Source: Candidatus Collierbacteria bacterium (GTDB lineage: Bacteria > Patescibacteriota > Microgenomatia > UBA1400 > MFAQ01). From it: a stretch of DNA of 39,664 bases. Below the pieces are notes generated by a model. That model did not search any database, was not told where the DNA came from, and saw only the letters and a list, made by a program, of their open reading frames with translations. Below are positions 15,784 through 25,425 of the stretch, one piece after another. The stretch is from the NCBI GenBank assembly GCA_903873735.1, contig CAIQPO010000094.1, positions 1 to 39,664 of the forward strand, read 5' to 3'. Position numbers and translations under genes: made by a program. The stretch's first letter is position 1. Each line of letters opens with the position of its first letter.

Positions 15784-17550
15784 ATGGAAGATAACAAACT
15801 GTATAAGATTAGACACAGTGCGGAGCACGTGCTGACTCAAGCAATGGAGAGACTTTGGCCTGGGAAGATTGTGAAGGCAATGGGGCCAGCGATTGATGAT
15901 GGCTTTTATTTTGACTTTGATACTAATGATGGTCTGAAGATTTCGGAGAGTGATTTTCATGCGATTGAGAAGGAGATGGACAAGATTGTTAGGCAGAATT
16001 TGCCCATTACTCGACAGGAGCTCTCTGAAGAAGAGGCAAAAAAATTGTTTGAGGATAATCCGTATAAGCTTGAATGGATTGAAAAAGCAGTAGCTGAAAA
16101 AGAAGTGATTTCTGTGTATTGGACAGGTGAGCCTGGAAAGGAAGGCTCGTTTGTAGATTTGTGTGCAGGACCACATATTGAAAAGACAAGCGAGATTAAA
16201 GCTTTTAAGCTATTGTCACTTGCTGGTGCTTACTGGCATGGTGATGAAAAGAATAAGATGCTTACAAGGCTATATGGCACAGCTTATGGAAGCAAGGAAG
16301 AACTTGATCAACACATTTGGAGAATGGAGGAGGCTAAAAAGCGAGATCATAGAAAACTAGGAAGAGAGCTGGACCTCTTTACCTTTTCTGATTTAGTGGG
16401 CAGTGGCTTTCCTTTGTATACACCAAAAGGGGCAATGATTAGGAGATTGCTCAACCAGTTTGTGGAGGAAATGCAGACAGCAGAGGGATATCAGCAAGTA
16501 TGGACACCACAAGTGGCGAAGGGTGAACTGTTTAAAGCTTCTGGTCATTACGATAAATATGTAGGGGATATGTTTAGAGTGGTGAGTAATTACTCTGACG
16601 ATGAGTTTTTCCTAAAACCCATGAACTGCCCACAGCATACACAGATTTATGCTTCATCAGGGAGAAGTTATCGTGACTTACCTATAAGGATGACGGACTT
16701 TGCCATGCTTTATCGCGATGAGAAACCTGGAGAGCTTAATGGTTTGGCAAGAGTAAGATCTTTTTCTCAAGACGACTGCCATATTTTCTGCAGGGAAGAT
16801 CAGGTAGATAAAGAAATTGATACAGCTTTGCAGATGACGAAAAAAATTATGGATACTTTTGGATTGAAGTATCGATATAGATTATCCACTAGAGACAGAG
16901 AGCATCCAGAAAAATATTTAGGTAATCCAGAAACTTGGGATAGGGTAGAAATGTGGGCAGTGGAGATTATGAAGAGAAACAATATCCCTTATTACGATGG
17001 TCCTGGAGAGGCAGCTTTTTATGCTCCAAAGATGGACCTGATGGCTACCGACGCTTTGGGCAGAGAGTGGCAATTATCTACTGTACAGATTGATTATGTA
17101 CAACCAGAAAGATTTGGATTGAAGTACACAGATTCCGATGGAAGCGAAAAGACTCCAGTAATGATTCACAGAGCAATCTTGGGTTCGGCAGAGAGATTTA
17201 TGATGGTAATGCTAGAACACTTCGGAGGAGCGTTGCCATTGTGGTTGTCACCGGTACAAGTGAGAGTGCTGCCAATTTCTGATAAAACAATGGATGCTTC
17301 AAGAGAGCTAGTGAAGAGGCTTGCTGGAGCGGGGATTAGAGTGGAAATTGCAGATCAAGCCGACTCCTTAGGCAAGAAGATTAGGAATGCTGAAGCAGAG
17401 AAGATACCCTACATGGTGATAATGGGAGAGAAGGAGGTTGAGGCAAAAATGGTGGCGATTAGACAACGAGGGCAGAAGGACTTAGGCCAGGTGACTGAGG
17501 CTGATTTTGTATCAAGGATACTGACCGAAGTGGCTGAAAAGAAAATTTAG
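15784..17550 (+). CDS. thrS: Threonine--tRNA ligase lacking the N-terminal TGS domain
   Basis: It begins directly at the editing-domain IRHSAEHVL (HxxxH) motif. Class II core motifs are present (FRVVSNYSDDEFFLKPMNCP, FSQDDCHIF, MIHRAILGSAERF), followed by a C-terminal anticodon-binding domain. The track start at 15769 is TTG, so ATG 15784 is preferred. Confidence 0.92.
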   Translation: MEDNKLYKIRHSAEHVLTQAMERLWPGKIVKAMGPAIDDGFYFDFDTNDGLKISESDFHAIEKEMDKIVRQNLPITRQELSEEEAKKLFEDNPYKLEWIEKAVAEKEVISVYWTGEPGKEGSFVDLCAGPHIEKTSEIKAFKLLSLAGAYWHGDEKNKMLTRLYGTAYGSKEELDQHIWRMEEAKKRDHRKLGRELDLFTFSDLVGSGFPLYTPKGAMIRRLLNQFVEEMQTAEGYQQVWTPQVAKGELFKASGHYDKYVGDMFRVVSNYSDDEFFLKPMNCPQHTQIYASSGRSYRDLPIRMTDFAMLYRDEKPGELNGLARVRSFSQDDCHIFCREDQVDKEIDTALQMTKKIMDTFGLKYRYRLSTRDREHPEKYLGNPETWDRVEMWAVEIMKRNNIPYYDGPGEAAFYAPKMDLMATDALGREWQLSTVQIDYVQPERFGLKYTDSDGSEKTPVMIHRAILGSAERFMMVMLEHFGGALPLWLSPVQVRVLPISDKTMDASRELVKRLAGAGIRVEIADQADSLGKKIRNAEAEKIPYMVIMGEKEVEAKMVAIRQRGQKDLGQVTEADFVSRILTEVAEKKI

Positions 17551-17647
17551 GTGTAAGATATGAACACTATGTTGAGCCTTTGCCATCATTACTATTTTCA
17601 TTTACCATAAGGGGGGGAGGCGTTTTTGGATATTGAATTAGAAAAAA

Positions 17648-17671
17648 CCTCTCCCGCCGGAGAGGTTTTTT
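17648..17671 (+). terminator. Intrinsic terminator after thrS
   Basis: CCTCTCC-CGCC-GGAGAGG followed by T6, and preceded by A6 (possibly bidirectional). Confidence 0.8.
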
Positions 17672-17697
17672 GTTAGCAATTTTTATATATAAAACTT

Positions 17698-19017
17698 ATG
17701 AATAAAACAAAACCAAGAATATTATCAGGATTTATGGAGCTTTTACCAGCAGAGCAAATTGAGTTTAATAAAATGCTCATGGTAATAAGGAATACTTTTG
17801 AGGAGTTTGGATTTACACCTCAAGAAACGCCGCTTTTGGAGCCGGCGGAAATATTGTTGTCGAAATCTGGAGGAGAAACAGAAAAACAAATATATGCTTT
17901 TGAGAAGGGAGATGAAAAACTGGCTTTGAGGTTTGATTTGACTGTGCCTTTAGCTCGATTTGTAGCGATGAACTATGCTGAATTAACATTTCCTTTTAGA
18001 AGGTACCAAATTGGAAAAGTGTACAGAGGTGAGAGGGCACAAAGGGGAAGATTTAGGGAGTTTTATCAGTGTGACATTGATGTGGTAGGTGATGGCGGGT
18101 TGTCTCTTACGGCTGATGCAGAAATTCCAAGCGTGATTGCAAACTTGTTTAGGAGGCTTAACTTGGGTGGATTTACCATCAGAATTAATAATAGGAAAAT
18201 TCTGTCTGGATTGGTGGAGTCATTGAGCTTAAAAGATAAGAGATCAGAGGTATTAAGAGCGATAGATAAGCTGGAGAAAATAGGAAGAGACGGCGTGTTT
18301 GAGGAGCTCAAAAGCTTTGGGATCGAAGCTTTGGCGGCAGAGAAGATTTTAGAATTTGTTGAGATTGAGGGAACTAATGATGAGAAAATGACGAAGCTGG
18401 AAAACTTAGGAATTGATAATGAAGAGTTTAGACGCGGAGTAGCCGACTTGTGGGAGGTGATTCGTAAAGCCTACCTTTTTGGAGTAAGGGAGGGAGAGCT
18501 AGTAGTGGATCTGACTATTGCCAGAGGATTGGATTACTACACCGGCACTGTGTACGAGACTAAAATGGATGACGTGCGAATTCAGGGGAGTGTGTGCAGT
18601 GGTGGAAGGTATGACAACTTGGCAGAAACTTTTTGTGAAAGGAGATTACCTGGAGTGGGAATTTCTTTGGGTTTGACAAGATTGTTTTCTCAGTTACTTG
18701 ATGCGGGAATTGTGAAAGGTGGTACTAAGACTCCTGCAGATGTCTTAGTAATACCTATGGGAGAAGAACAAACAGATTATGCTCTTGGCGTAGCAGCTGA
18801 AATGCGTGGTGCTGGGATAAGGGTTGAGGTGTATACAGAAGAGGTAAAACTGGGTAAGAAATTTGTATATGCTGATAGATTAGGTGTAAAGTGGGCGGTA
18901 GTGCTAGGAGGAGATGAGGAAAGTGCGAACTTGGTGACACTTAAAAATATGTCTTCTGGTGAGCAGGAAAAAGATACTTTGGCAGCTATTGTTAATAAAT
19001 TAAAGGAAGTAGTATGA
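17698..19017 (+). CDS. hisS: Histidine--tRNA ligase
   Basis: Class II motifs (LRFDLTVPLARF, RRYQIGKVYRGERAQRGRFREFYQCD, GGRYD, GISLGLTRL) and a C-terminal anticodon-binding domain. Confidence 0.93.
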   Translation: MNKTKPRILSGFMELLPAEQIEFNKMLMVIRNTFEEFGFTPQETPLLEPAEILLSKSGGETEKQIYAFEKGDEKLALRFDLTVPLARFVAMNYAELTFPFRRYQIGKVYRGERAQRGRFREFYQCDIDVVGDGGLSLTADAEIPSVIANLFRRLNLGGFTIRINNRKILSGLVESLSLKDKRSEVLRAIDKLEKIGRDGVFEELKSFGIEALAAEKILEFVEIEGTNDEKMTKLENLGIDNEEFRRGVADLWEVIRKAYLFGVREGELVVDLTIARGLDYYTGTVYETKMDDVRIQGSVCSGGRYDNLAETFCERRLPGVGISLGLTRLFSQLLDAGIVKGGTKTPADVLVIPMGEEQTDYALGVAAEMRGAGIRVEVYTEEVKLGKKFVYADRLGVKWAVVLGGDEESANLVTLKNMSSGEQEKDTLAAIVNKLKEVV

Positions 19018-20099
19018 ATAAAAAAGAATTTGAAAAAGCTTTAGGTAGGTTAGTTGAGCTTAGAACACTACCTGGAGATTTAGAAGCAAATAAATTAGCT
19101 CTGGATTTGGTGGAGAAAGAGCTTGACGGGCGGCTTGTTGTGGATAGGTTTCAGAATGGTAAAGCTGAAGTATTGATTGCTTCGGTGAATGCTGGGGTCA
19201 GTCCTGAATATTGCTATATGGTGCACATGGATGTGGTGGCAGGCAGGGAGGATCAGTTTGAGATGGTGGTGGATGGAGATAAACTAGTGGGAAGAGGCGC
19301 TTGTGATATGAAGTTTTCTGTGCCGATTGGAGTAGCCTTGATAAATGAGGCTGCAGATAAGGGAGTGGACTTTGCTTTGGTAATTACGACAGATGAGGAG
19401 GTGGGCGGAATTGAAGGAGCTAAGTATCTAAAAGAGGAAAGAAGGTATGCCCCCAAGGCTTTAATTGTGCCAGATGGTGGAGAAAATTTGAACTTTGTGG
19501 ATAAGGCTAAAGGTGTGTGCCAAGTAAGGGTGGAAGCTAAAGGACGACCAGCTCACGCATCAAGACCATGGCTTGGAGAAAATGCCCTGGATAAGCTGTC
19601 GCTTCTGGCGGCAAGGTTGCTTAAAGATTACGGGGAAAATAATAGAGTTGAGGGGTGGAATACCACTATGAATATTGGGACTGTAAATGGTGGGGTGTCG
19701 ACCAACCAAGTTTGCCCGGCTGCAGAGATGAAGCTTGATTTCAGATATCCCGAAACAGATTCGATAGAAAACATTCTGGAGACTGTTAAGAGATATGCAA
19801 AGGAGATTGGTGGGGATATTGAGGTAAGTCTGATGAGTACAGGACTGCCTACTTTCACTGATGTAAATGATAAACGAGTGCAAATATACTTGAAAATAAT
19901 GGAAGAGCAGTTTGGAAGAAAGATTGAGATAAAGCCAACATACGGTGCATCTGACGCAAGGCACTTTGCGGATTTGGGATGTCCTGTAATTATGCACAAA
20001 CCATTGGGTGGTGAGATTCACTCGGATTACGAGTGGGTAAGCAGTGAGTCATGCATGACTTTTTACCAGGGTATGAGAAAATTTTTAGGATTACAATAA
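19014..20099 (+). CDS. M20-family metallohydrolase (ArgE/DapE/ACY1/CPG2-like deacylase)
   Basis: HMDVV metal ligand, GRGACDMK, TTDEEVGG, and a dimerisation-domain insert. Overlaps hisS by ATGA. Confidence 0.8.
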   Translation: MNKKEFEKALGRLVELRTLPGDLEANKLALDLVEKELDGRLVVDRFQNGKAEVLIASVNAGVSPEYCYMVHMDVVAGREDQFEMVVDGDKLVGRGACDMKFSVPIGVALINEAADKGVDFALVITTDEEVGGIEGAKYLKEERRYAPKALIVPDGGENLNFVDKAKGVCQVRVEAKGRPAHASRPWLGENALDKLSLLAARLLKDYGENNRVEGWNTTMNIGTVNGGVSTNQVCPAAEMKLDFRYPETDSIENILETVKRYAKEIGGDIEVSLMSTGLPTFTDVNDKRVQIYLKIMEEQFGRKIEIKPTYGASDARHFADLGCPVIMHKPLGGEIHSDYEWVSSESCMTFYQGMRKFLGLQ

Positions 20100-20102
20100 G
20101 CT

Positions 20103-21305
20103 ATGAATAAAGAAGAATTAATTGAAAGTTTTTTAACTAGGGGGGTAGAAAATATTATCCCTGGTAGAGCTGAGCTAGAGAAGTTGTTGAATTCTAGCAA
20201 AGTGCTCAACGTGTATCTGGGAATTGATCCAACTGCCACAAGGATTCACTTGGGTCATGCCTTTCCTTTAAGGAAGTTGCAGATACTGGCAGATTTAGGT
20301 CATAAGGTGACATTTCTTATTGGTGACTTTACTGCCAAGGTGGGCGATACATCTGATAAAGAGACTGAGAGACCGGTACTAACAGATGAACAGATTGAAG
20401 AAAATTTTCAGACGTACAAAAGGCAGGCGGAAAAACTTTTGGATTTTTCTAAGGTAGAGCTTCATCATAATAGTGAATGGCTAGCCAAGCTTTCTTTTGG
20501 AGAAGTGCTAAAACTGACACAGAATTTTTCATTAAACGACTTTATTAGTAGAGAGCTAATAAAGAAAAGATTGACAGAGGGAAAGAGGGTGAGTTTACCT
20601 GAGACTTTGTACCCGATAATGCAAGGATACGATAGTTTGGTTATGGATACAGACATACAGCTAGGAGGTACCGATCAAACCTTTAACATGCAAGCAGGAA
20701 GAACTCTGATTGCCAATCTTAAGGGCAAAGAATCATTTGTGGTGGCTAATGGATTTTTACCAGGAACTGACGGTAGGAAGATGAGTAAAACTTGGGGGAA
20801 CGCGGTGTGGCTTGAAGATTCACCGGAAGAGATATATGGCAAGATAATGTCAATATCTGACGAGGTGATAGAAACTTATTACCTGATGGGAACTAATGCT
20901 CCAAAAGAAGTAATTGATGATGCTAAGAGGAGACTTTCTAGTGGGGAGAATCCGATGAATCTAAAGAAGGAGCTGGCATCACTAATTGTGACTGAACTAT
21001 GTGGAGAAGGGGCAGTACTTCAGGCGAGTGAACATTTCAGAAAAACTGTGGTGGAAAAAACGGCGGGAGAGGATACAAAAATTGTAACAGTGTCTCAACA
21101 GAACATGACAGAACAGGGAGTGATGGCTTTGGTGGTAGAGAATGGTTTGGTGAGTAGCAACTCGGAGTATAAGAGGTTACTTGAAGAGGGAGCTGTTTAC
21201 TTAAATGAAGTCCGACTCGAGAAGGGAAAAGAAATCAATTTTCAATCTGGAGAGAATGTTCTTCGTCTAGGTAAGCGTAAATATTTAAAGCTAGTCTTGT
21301 CTTAA
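20103..21305 (+). CDS. tyrS: Tyrosine--tRNA ligase
   Basis: HIGH motif (RIHLGH), KMSKT, GTDQ, and a C-terminal S4-like domain. Confidence 0.93.
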   Translation: MNKEELIESFLTRGVENIIPGRAELEKLLNSSKVLNVYLGIDPTATRIHLGHAFPLRKLQILADLGHKVTFLIGDFTAKVGDTSDKETERPVLTDEQIEENFQTYKRQAEKLLDFSKVELHHNSEWLAKLSFGEVLKLTQNFSLNDFISRELIKKRLTEGKRVSLPETLYPIMQGYDSLVMDTDIQLGGTDQTFNMQAGRTLIANLKGKESFVVANGFLPGTDGRKMSKTWGNAVWLEDSPEEIYGKIMSISDEVIETYYLMGTNAPKEVIDDAKRRLSSGENPMNLKKELASLIVTELCGEGAVLQASEHFRKTVVEKTAGEDTKIVTVSQQNMTEQGVMALVVENGLVSSNSEYKRLLEEGAVYLNEVRLEKGKEINFQSGENVLRLGKRKYLKLVLS

Positions 21306-21652
21306 TGGTAGAGTTTGAGGATTTGGTGAAAGAAATATCTGCTGACAAGGAGTGCGTACGCTGGAAGCAGCCTGGTTGGTGTAGGATGTGGAGCGACAAA
21401 GCTCTGGATTTGTTTGATGGAATGGGTTTGATTGAGGGTGAGAGTGCGATGCCAATGGAGTGTGAGCCGTCTCCTGGATACTTTCATACATTTGTGATGT
21501 TTGAGTCCGGTGGACAGAAATGGGTGCTCAATGGAGTAGCCTGTGTGGGTTTTGAAGAATATTTTGGAGATTTGGAACAAGCACCAGAACCTGCTAGAAA
21601 AGCATGGGTCGATTCTTGGATAGTGGAAGCAAGAAACTCTTTAGTTAATTGA
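21305..21652 (+). CDS. Hypothetical protein (115 aa)
   Basis: Its start overlaps the tyrS stop by 1 nt (TAATG). Host-typical composition. No motif recognised. Confidence 0.5.
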   Translation: MVEFEDLVKEISADKECVRWKQPGWCRMWSDKALDLFDGMGLIEGESAMPMECEPSPGYFHTFVMFESGGQKWVLNGVACVGFEEYFGDLEQAPEPARKAWVDSWIVEARNSLVN

Positions 21653-21811
21653 ATTGATATATTTTGTTATATTGACACTTAATATCTCTGGTGGTAGCTT
21701 GACTTTAGCTATGATTTGGAAGGTTGAATATTTGAGACTGTTTTTTGCCCAAAATTTTGTGTGGAAGTTTTTCCTGTTTATGTTTATGTTTTTCCCCAAG
21801 AATCTTAAACA

Positions 21812-21836
21812 GGGTGCTATGGGGCGCCTTTTTTTT
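21812..21836 (+). terminator. Short hairpin plus T8, 35 nt upstream of the decarboxylase operon (terminator or attenuator)
   Basis: GGUGC (21813-17) pairs with GCGCC (21824-28), including one G-U pair, with loop UAUGGG. T8 follows at 21829-21836. Confidence 0.45.
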
Positions 21837-21870
21837 CGAACGAATATTGTTATCAATTTATTGAAAAATT

Positions 21871-23355
21871 ATGAGTAAAGAAAGATTTAAGAGGCTGGAG
21901 CTAGCTAAGGAGTTTGCCCGTGATAGCGAGCATTCGGTAGAGGAAATTGATAAGGTGCTAGCTGCTTATTTTGATCCAGATAATCCAGAGGTGGGTCTGG
22001 AAAAATTTATGCATAACTTGGAGGAGATGGCAGTGAGTGGTAGGGAGCTTACAGAGAATGATTTAGCAGTGATTCAAGCACTAAATACAGTACTGGCTGA
22101 TGTGAAGGATGCGAGACTGTTTAATGAAACCTATTTGGGCCACATGTTAACAGAAGCATCAATTCCTGGAATGCTGGGATATATCATGGGTATTAGAACT
22201 GGGTCGAATACTGTGGCAAGAGAGGTGTCAATATTTGAGTCTGAACTAGAACCTGAAGCGATTAAGGGACTGTTGGACATGGTGGGGTTTGACAGAAATA
22301 GAGGAGATGGAACTTTCACATCAGGCGGGAGCATGGCAATGCAAACTGCTCTAATGGCTGCTAGGAGAAAGATGGCTGCTGCGGGTGTAGAACCAACCAG
22401 AGACCATCCACTTTTGGTACTCGGAACACCATATACTCACTATTCTGTAGCGAAGATGTGTGACATTATTGGAGGTCCAAGTGGATTAGTGCAGAAGCGA
22501 GACGTTGGAGTAAATCAATTCAAAATGGATGCCGACTCTTTGGAGGTGAGTTTGCTTGAGGCAAGAAGAAACCATGATACAGTGATGGCTATCGTGGCTA
22601 TCGGAGGAGAAACAGAAACTGGAATTGTGGATCCAATAAGAGAGATTGTGGACTTGGGGGAGAAATATGGAGTGCCAGTAATTGTTGATGGGGCGTATGG
22701 AGCTCCATACAACCTGTCGAGGAATGGAAAATTATTTGAAGGGATGGGCAGAGCTTTTGCTGTAACCATAGACCCACACAAGGCTCTTAATACTCCATAC
22801 TCAAATGGAGCAACTCTATTTAGAGAAAAGGAAGACATGTATCTTGGTTATGGTGACAGATCAACGTATTTAGGTAGAGGTGCTAACTTGGGGCAAAAAA
22901 GAATTGAAGGTTCGATGGGACCTGGGCCGATTCTGTCTACTGTAGCAGTGATGAGAGCTCTGGGAAGTGAGGGTTTGACCACGCTTTATGACTTAACTCT
23001 GGATAGAACAGAGCATATGTTTGAGCGAGTGATGGACTCAGAAGTTTTGCAAAATCTTTACTATCCGGAACTAAACCTGCTTTGTTTTACCATTAAGCCT
23101 GAAGTGGTGGAGAAGTTGGGAGTTGGGACGGTGGATGATTTGCAAAACTTAATTGATGAAACTAGGAAAGACCTCGATGGAGGCATTAAAGGTAGAGGAG
23201 GATATTTCTTTTCGGCGACAGCATTACCACTACCAGACGGTAAAGCACTGCCTGTGTTTAGAGCTTGTTTGATGAATCCTCGAACAACAAATGCAATTGT
23301 GGATGCATCAATTGGAGGCTTAGAAAAAATTATTAAAAAAAGAATTAAAAAATGA
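21871..23355 (+). CDS. Group II PLP-dependent decarboxylase (MfnA/GadB/tyrosine-aspartate decarboxylase-like)
   Basis: TSGGSMAMQTALMAAR, GGETETGIVDPI, VDGAYGA, and DPHK with the PLP-binding lysine. Confidence 0.8.
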   Translation: MSKERFKRLELAKEFARDSEHSVEEIDKVLAAYFDPDNPEVGLEKFMHNLEEMAVSGRELTENDLAVIQALNTVLADVKDARLFNETYLGHMLTEASIPGMLGYIMGIRTGSNTVAREVSIFESELEPEAIKGLLDMVGFDRNRGDGTFTSGGSMAMQTALMAARRKMAAAGVEPTRDHPLLVLGTPYTHYSVAKMCDIIGGPSGLVQKRDVGVNQFKMDADSLEVSLLEARRNHDTVMAIVAIGGETETGIVDPIREIVDLGEKYGVPVIVDGAYGAPYNLSRNGKLFEGMGRAFAVTIDPHKALNTPYSNGATLFREKEDMYLGYGDRSTYLGRGANLGQKRIEGSMGPGPILSTVAVMRALGSEGLTTLYDLTLDRTEHMFERVMDSEVLQNLYYPELNLLCFTIKPEVVEKLGVGTVDDLQNLIDETRKDLDGGIKGRGGYFFSATALPLPDGKALPVFRACLMNPRTTNAIVDASIGGLEKIIKKRIKK

Positions 23356-24491
23356 AGAGGAACTCAGAAAATTTAATACATTATGGATTTATCAGGGGAA
23401 AAGATTATGCCTCTGATGTGACAAGACCTGAAGGAATTGAAGAGATAGATTGTGGTTTGGGACACTCACCTTTTGGTTTTCCTGAAGTAGCCAGAGAGGC
23501 ACTGAAAAACATCGATCCAAGACTTTTAAATGAGTACCCTGCTGATCCCTACTCTGACGCATTAGCGGCGAATGTGAGAAGAAGATTTGGATTGGAAAAG
23601 AAAGCTGGGGTGTTTTTTGATGGGGCTGGTAGTTATGGATTACTGGCTACTATCCTTAGTAATCTAGTAGCAAACGAGGGAGTGAGGAGGGGGTCGAGGG
23701 TAATTGGTGTTGGTCCGCAGTTTACAAATATTGCGATGCTTGCCCACAGGGCAGAAGTGCCTTATCAACCCCTAACCCCAGATCTGAACTTACCTTATGA
23801 GGAAAAGTTGGATTTGTTAGTGGCCAATCGAGAAAAAGATAGACAGGCAGCAATAGTATATGTAGATAATCCAAACAATCCGACTGGAGCGGCAGTGGGG
23901 ATTGATAAAATTGTGGATTTGGCTGAAGCTACAGCAAACGGTGACCTATTGATTGTGGATGAAGCATATGGAGACGCTGTGCCTGATTCTTGGTCTGCAT
24001 TTAATATTTTGGAAAGTTATCCTCATATTATTGTGGTGAGATCGCTTTCCAAGACAATTGGGCTAGCATCACCAAGACTGGGGTATGTGGGAATGTCGGA
24101 ACCAGTGGCTGATGTGTATCGGGAGATGCGGTTGGTATTTACGGTGGATGCACTTACTTACCTCATTGCGCATAAAGTGATGGAACCGGAAGTGTTGGCA
24201 GAATTTTTGCCTAGAGTTAGACAGATGACCATGGAGAAAAAGCTGGAGTTTTTGGATATTTTGGCGAAGAATGGGGTGAATGTTTTTGAAAGTATGGATA
24301 CAGTGAGCATATTACTAGCTGAAGGTGGTGATAACTTTTATGAGAAGTTGTTTGCCTTGGGTATAAACACAGAAGATGGAGCAACATTTGAGCCAACTCA
24401 CCCAGAGATGAACAATAGTATGGTGAGGTTTAGAATTCCTGCCGACTCTAGAAAAATTCAAGAGGTAGGCAAAAGATTAAAAAATATTTAG
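23352..24491 (+). CDS. Class I/II PLP aminotransferase, HisC/CobD-like
   Basis: DNPNNPTG, VDEAYGD, and SLSKTIGLASPRLGY (SxSK with the PLP lysine). Overlaps the upstream gene by ATGA. Confidence 0.8.
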   Translation: MKRNSENLIHYGFIRGKDYASDVTRPEGIEEIDCGLGHSPFGFPEVAREALKNIDPRLLNEYPADPYSDALAANVRRRFGLEKKAGVFFDGAGSYGLLATILSNLVANEGVRRGSRVIGVGPQFTNIAMLAHRAEVPYQPLTPDLNLPYEEKLDLLVANREKDRQAAIVYVDNPNNPTGAAVGIDKIVDLAEATANGDLLIVDEAYGDAVPDSWSAFNILESYPHIIVVRSLSKTIGLASPRLGYVGMSEPVADVYREMRLVFTVDALTYLIAHKVMEPEVLAEFLPRVRQMTMEKKLEFLDILAKNGVNVFESMDTVSILLAEGGDNFYEKLFALGINTEDGATFEPTHPEMNNSMVRFRIPADSRKIQEVGKRLKNI

Positions 24492-24498
24492 GTAATTT

Positions 24499-25425
24499 AT
24501 GGCAAAGGAATACGATAGAAGAACAGAAAGTTTAAGAAGAGCTTCGGTTGAGGCAGAATTTTTGCCACTACCAGACGGGAGAAGTTGGCAGAAGGAAGTT
24601 GAGGGAGATGTAAAAGAGTTTAGAATGCTTGATTGGAGGAATATTGCTGAATTAGATGAGGTGGTGGAACTGCAAGATAAGGTATGGAAAATGGGAGATA
24701 GGAATTTGGTGCCAGAAAATATCTTGGCAATAATTGAGGAGGTGGGAGGAGAGGTGGTCACCGCCAAATCATCCAGGGGTGAACTTGAGGGTTTTACCTT
24801 GTGTTTACCAACAAATGACCCTGAAAGGCAGTTTTTGCACATGGTGGGTGTCCAGGAGGGTAGTAGCTCAAGGGGTTTGGGGAGGGAATTGATGGTGATA
24901 ACTGGGGTGGTGGCAAAGGAGAAGGGGGTAAAGCGGGTTGATTGGACTTACGACCCGATAATGGGTGGTAATGCCCGTCTTTATTTATCTAAGCTGGGTG
25001 CGGTGCCTTATAAGTACACCATTAATAAATATGGCATTGTGGAAAATAAGGGTGCGGGAACAGAATCGCGTTATAAAAATGTGGAGACAGACAGATTTAC
25101 GGTGCGATGGGAGATTGGTGACGAGAGATTGTGGAGAGCGGTGCTCGCAAACAAAGCTTACAATATGGTGATTGATAATGAGCTTGAGTGGGACGGAAGC
25201 GGGGAGACCCCCGATTTATTTAGAGTAAGCTTGCCTTATGATTTTACTCACCTTTCAACAGATGAAATGATGGACTGGAGGAGACATCTCAGAGGAATCT
25301 GTTTGGCTACCATGGACTATGACAATATTGATGACCGTAGGGTGGTTGAGGGGCAGTTTGAGGTGGTTGGTTTTGGAGTTGATACTGTTGGTGGCGTAAA
25401 TTGCTATAATTTTAAGCGTAAATGA
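24499..25425 (+). CDS. Uncharacterised protein, probable GNAT-fold acyltransferase
   Basis: The core HMVGVQEGSSSRGLGRELMVITGVVAKEKGVKRVDWTYDPIMGGNARLYLSKLGA resembles the GNAT acyl-CoA-binding beta4-alpha3 region. The assignment is by pattern only. Confidence 0.45.
   Translation: MAKEYDRRTESLRRASVEAEFLPLPDGRSWQKEVEGDVKEFRMLDWRNIAELDEVVELQDKVWKMGDRNLVPENILAIIEEVGGEVVTAKSSRGELEGFTLCLPTNDPERQFLHMVGVQEGSSSRGLGRELMVITGVVAKEKGVKRVDWTYDPIMGGNARLYLSKLGAVPYKYTINKYGIVENKGAGTESRYKNVETDRFTVRWEIGDERLWRAVLANKAYNMVIDNELEWDGSGETPDLFRVSLPYDFTHLSTDEMMDWRRHLRGICLATMDYDNIDDRRVVEGQFEVVGFGVDTVGGVNCYNFKRK

Noticed and set aside
21654-21878. 74-aa ORF from the track as a conventional protein-coding gene.
   Set aside because: It has a non-ATG start, it is T-rich and low-complexity (FFLFMFMFF), and it runs through a hairpin-T8 element into the next gene's start codon. 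I treat it only as a possible leader peptide (see findings).
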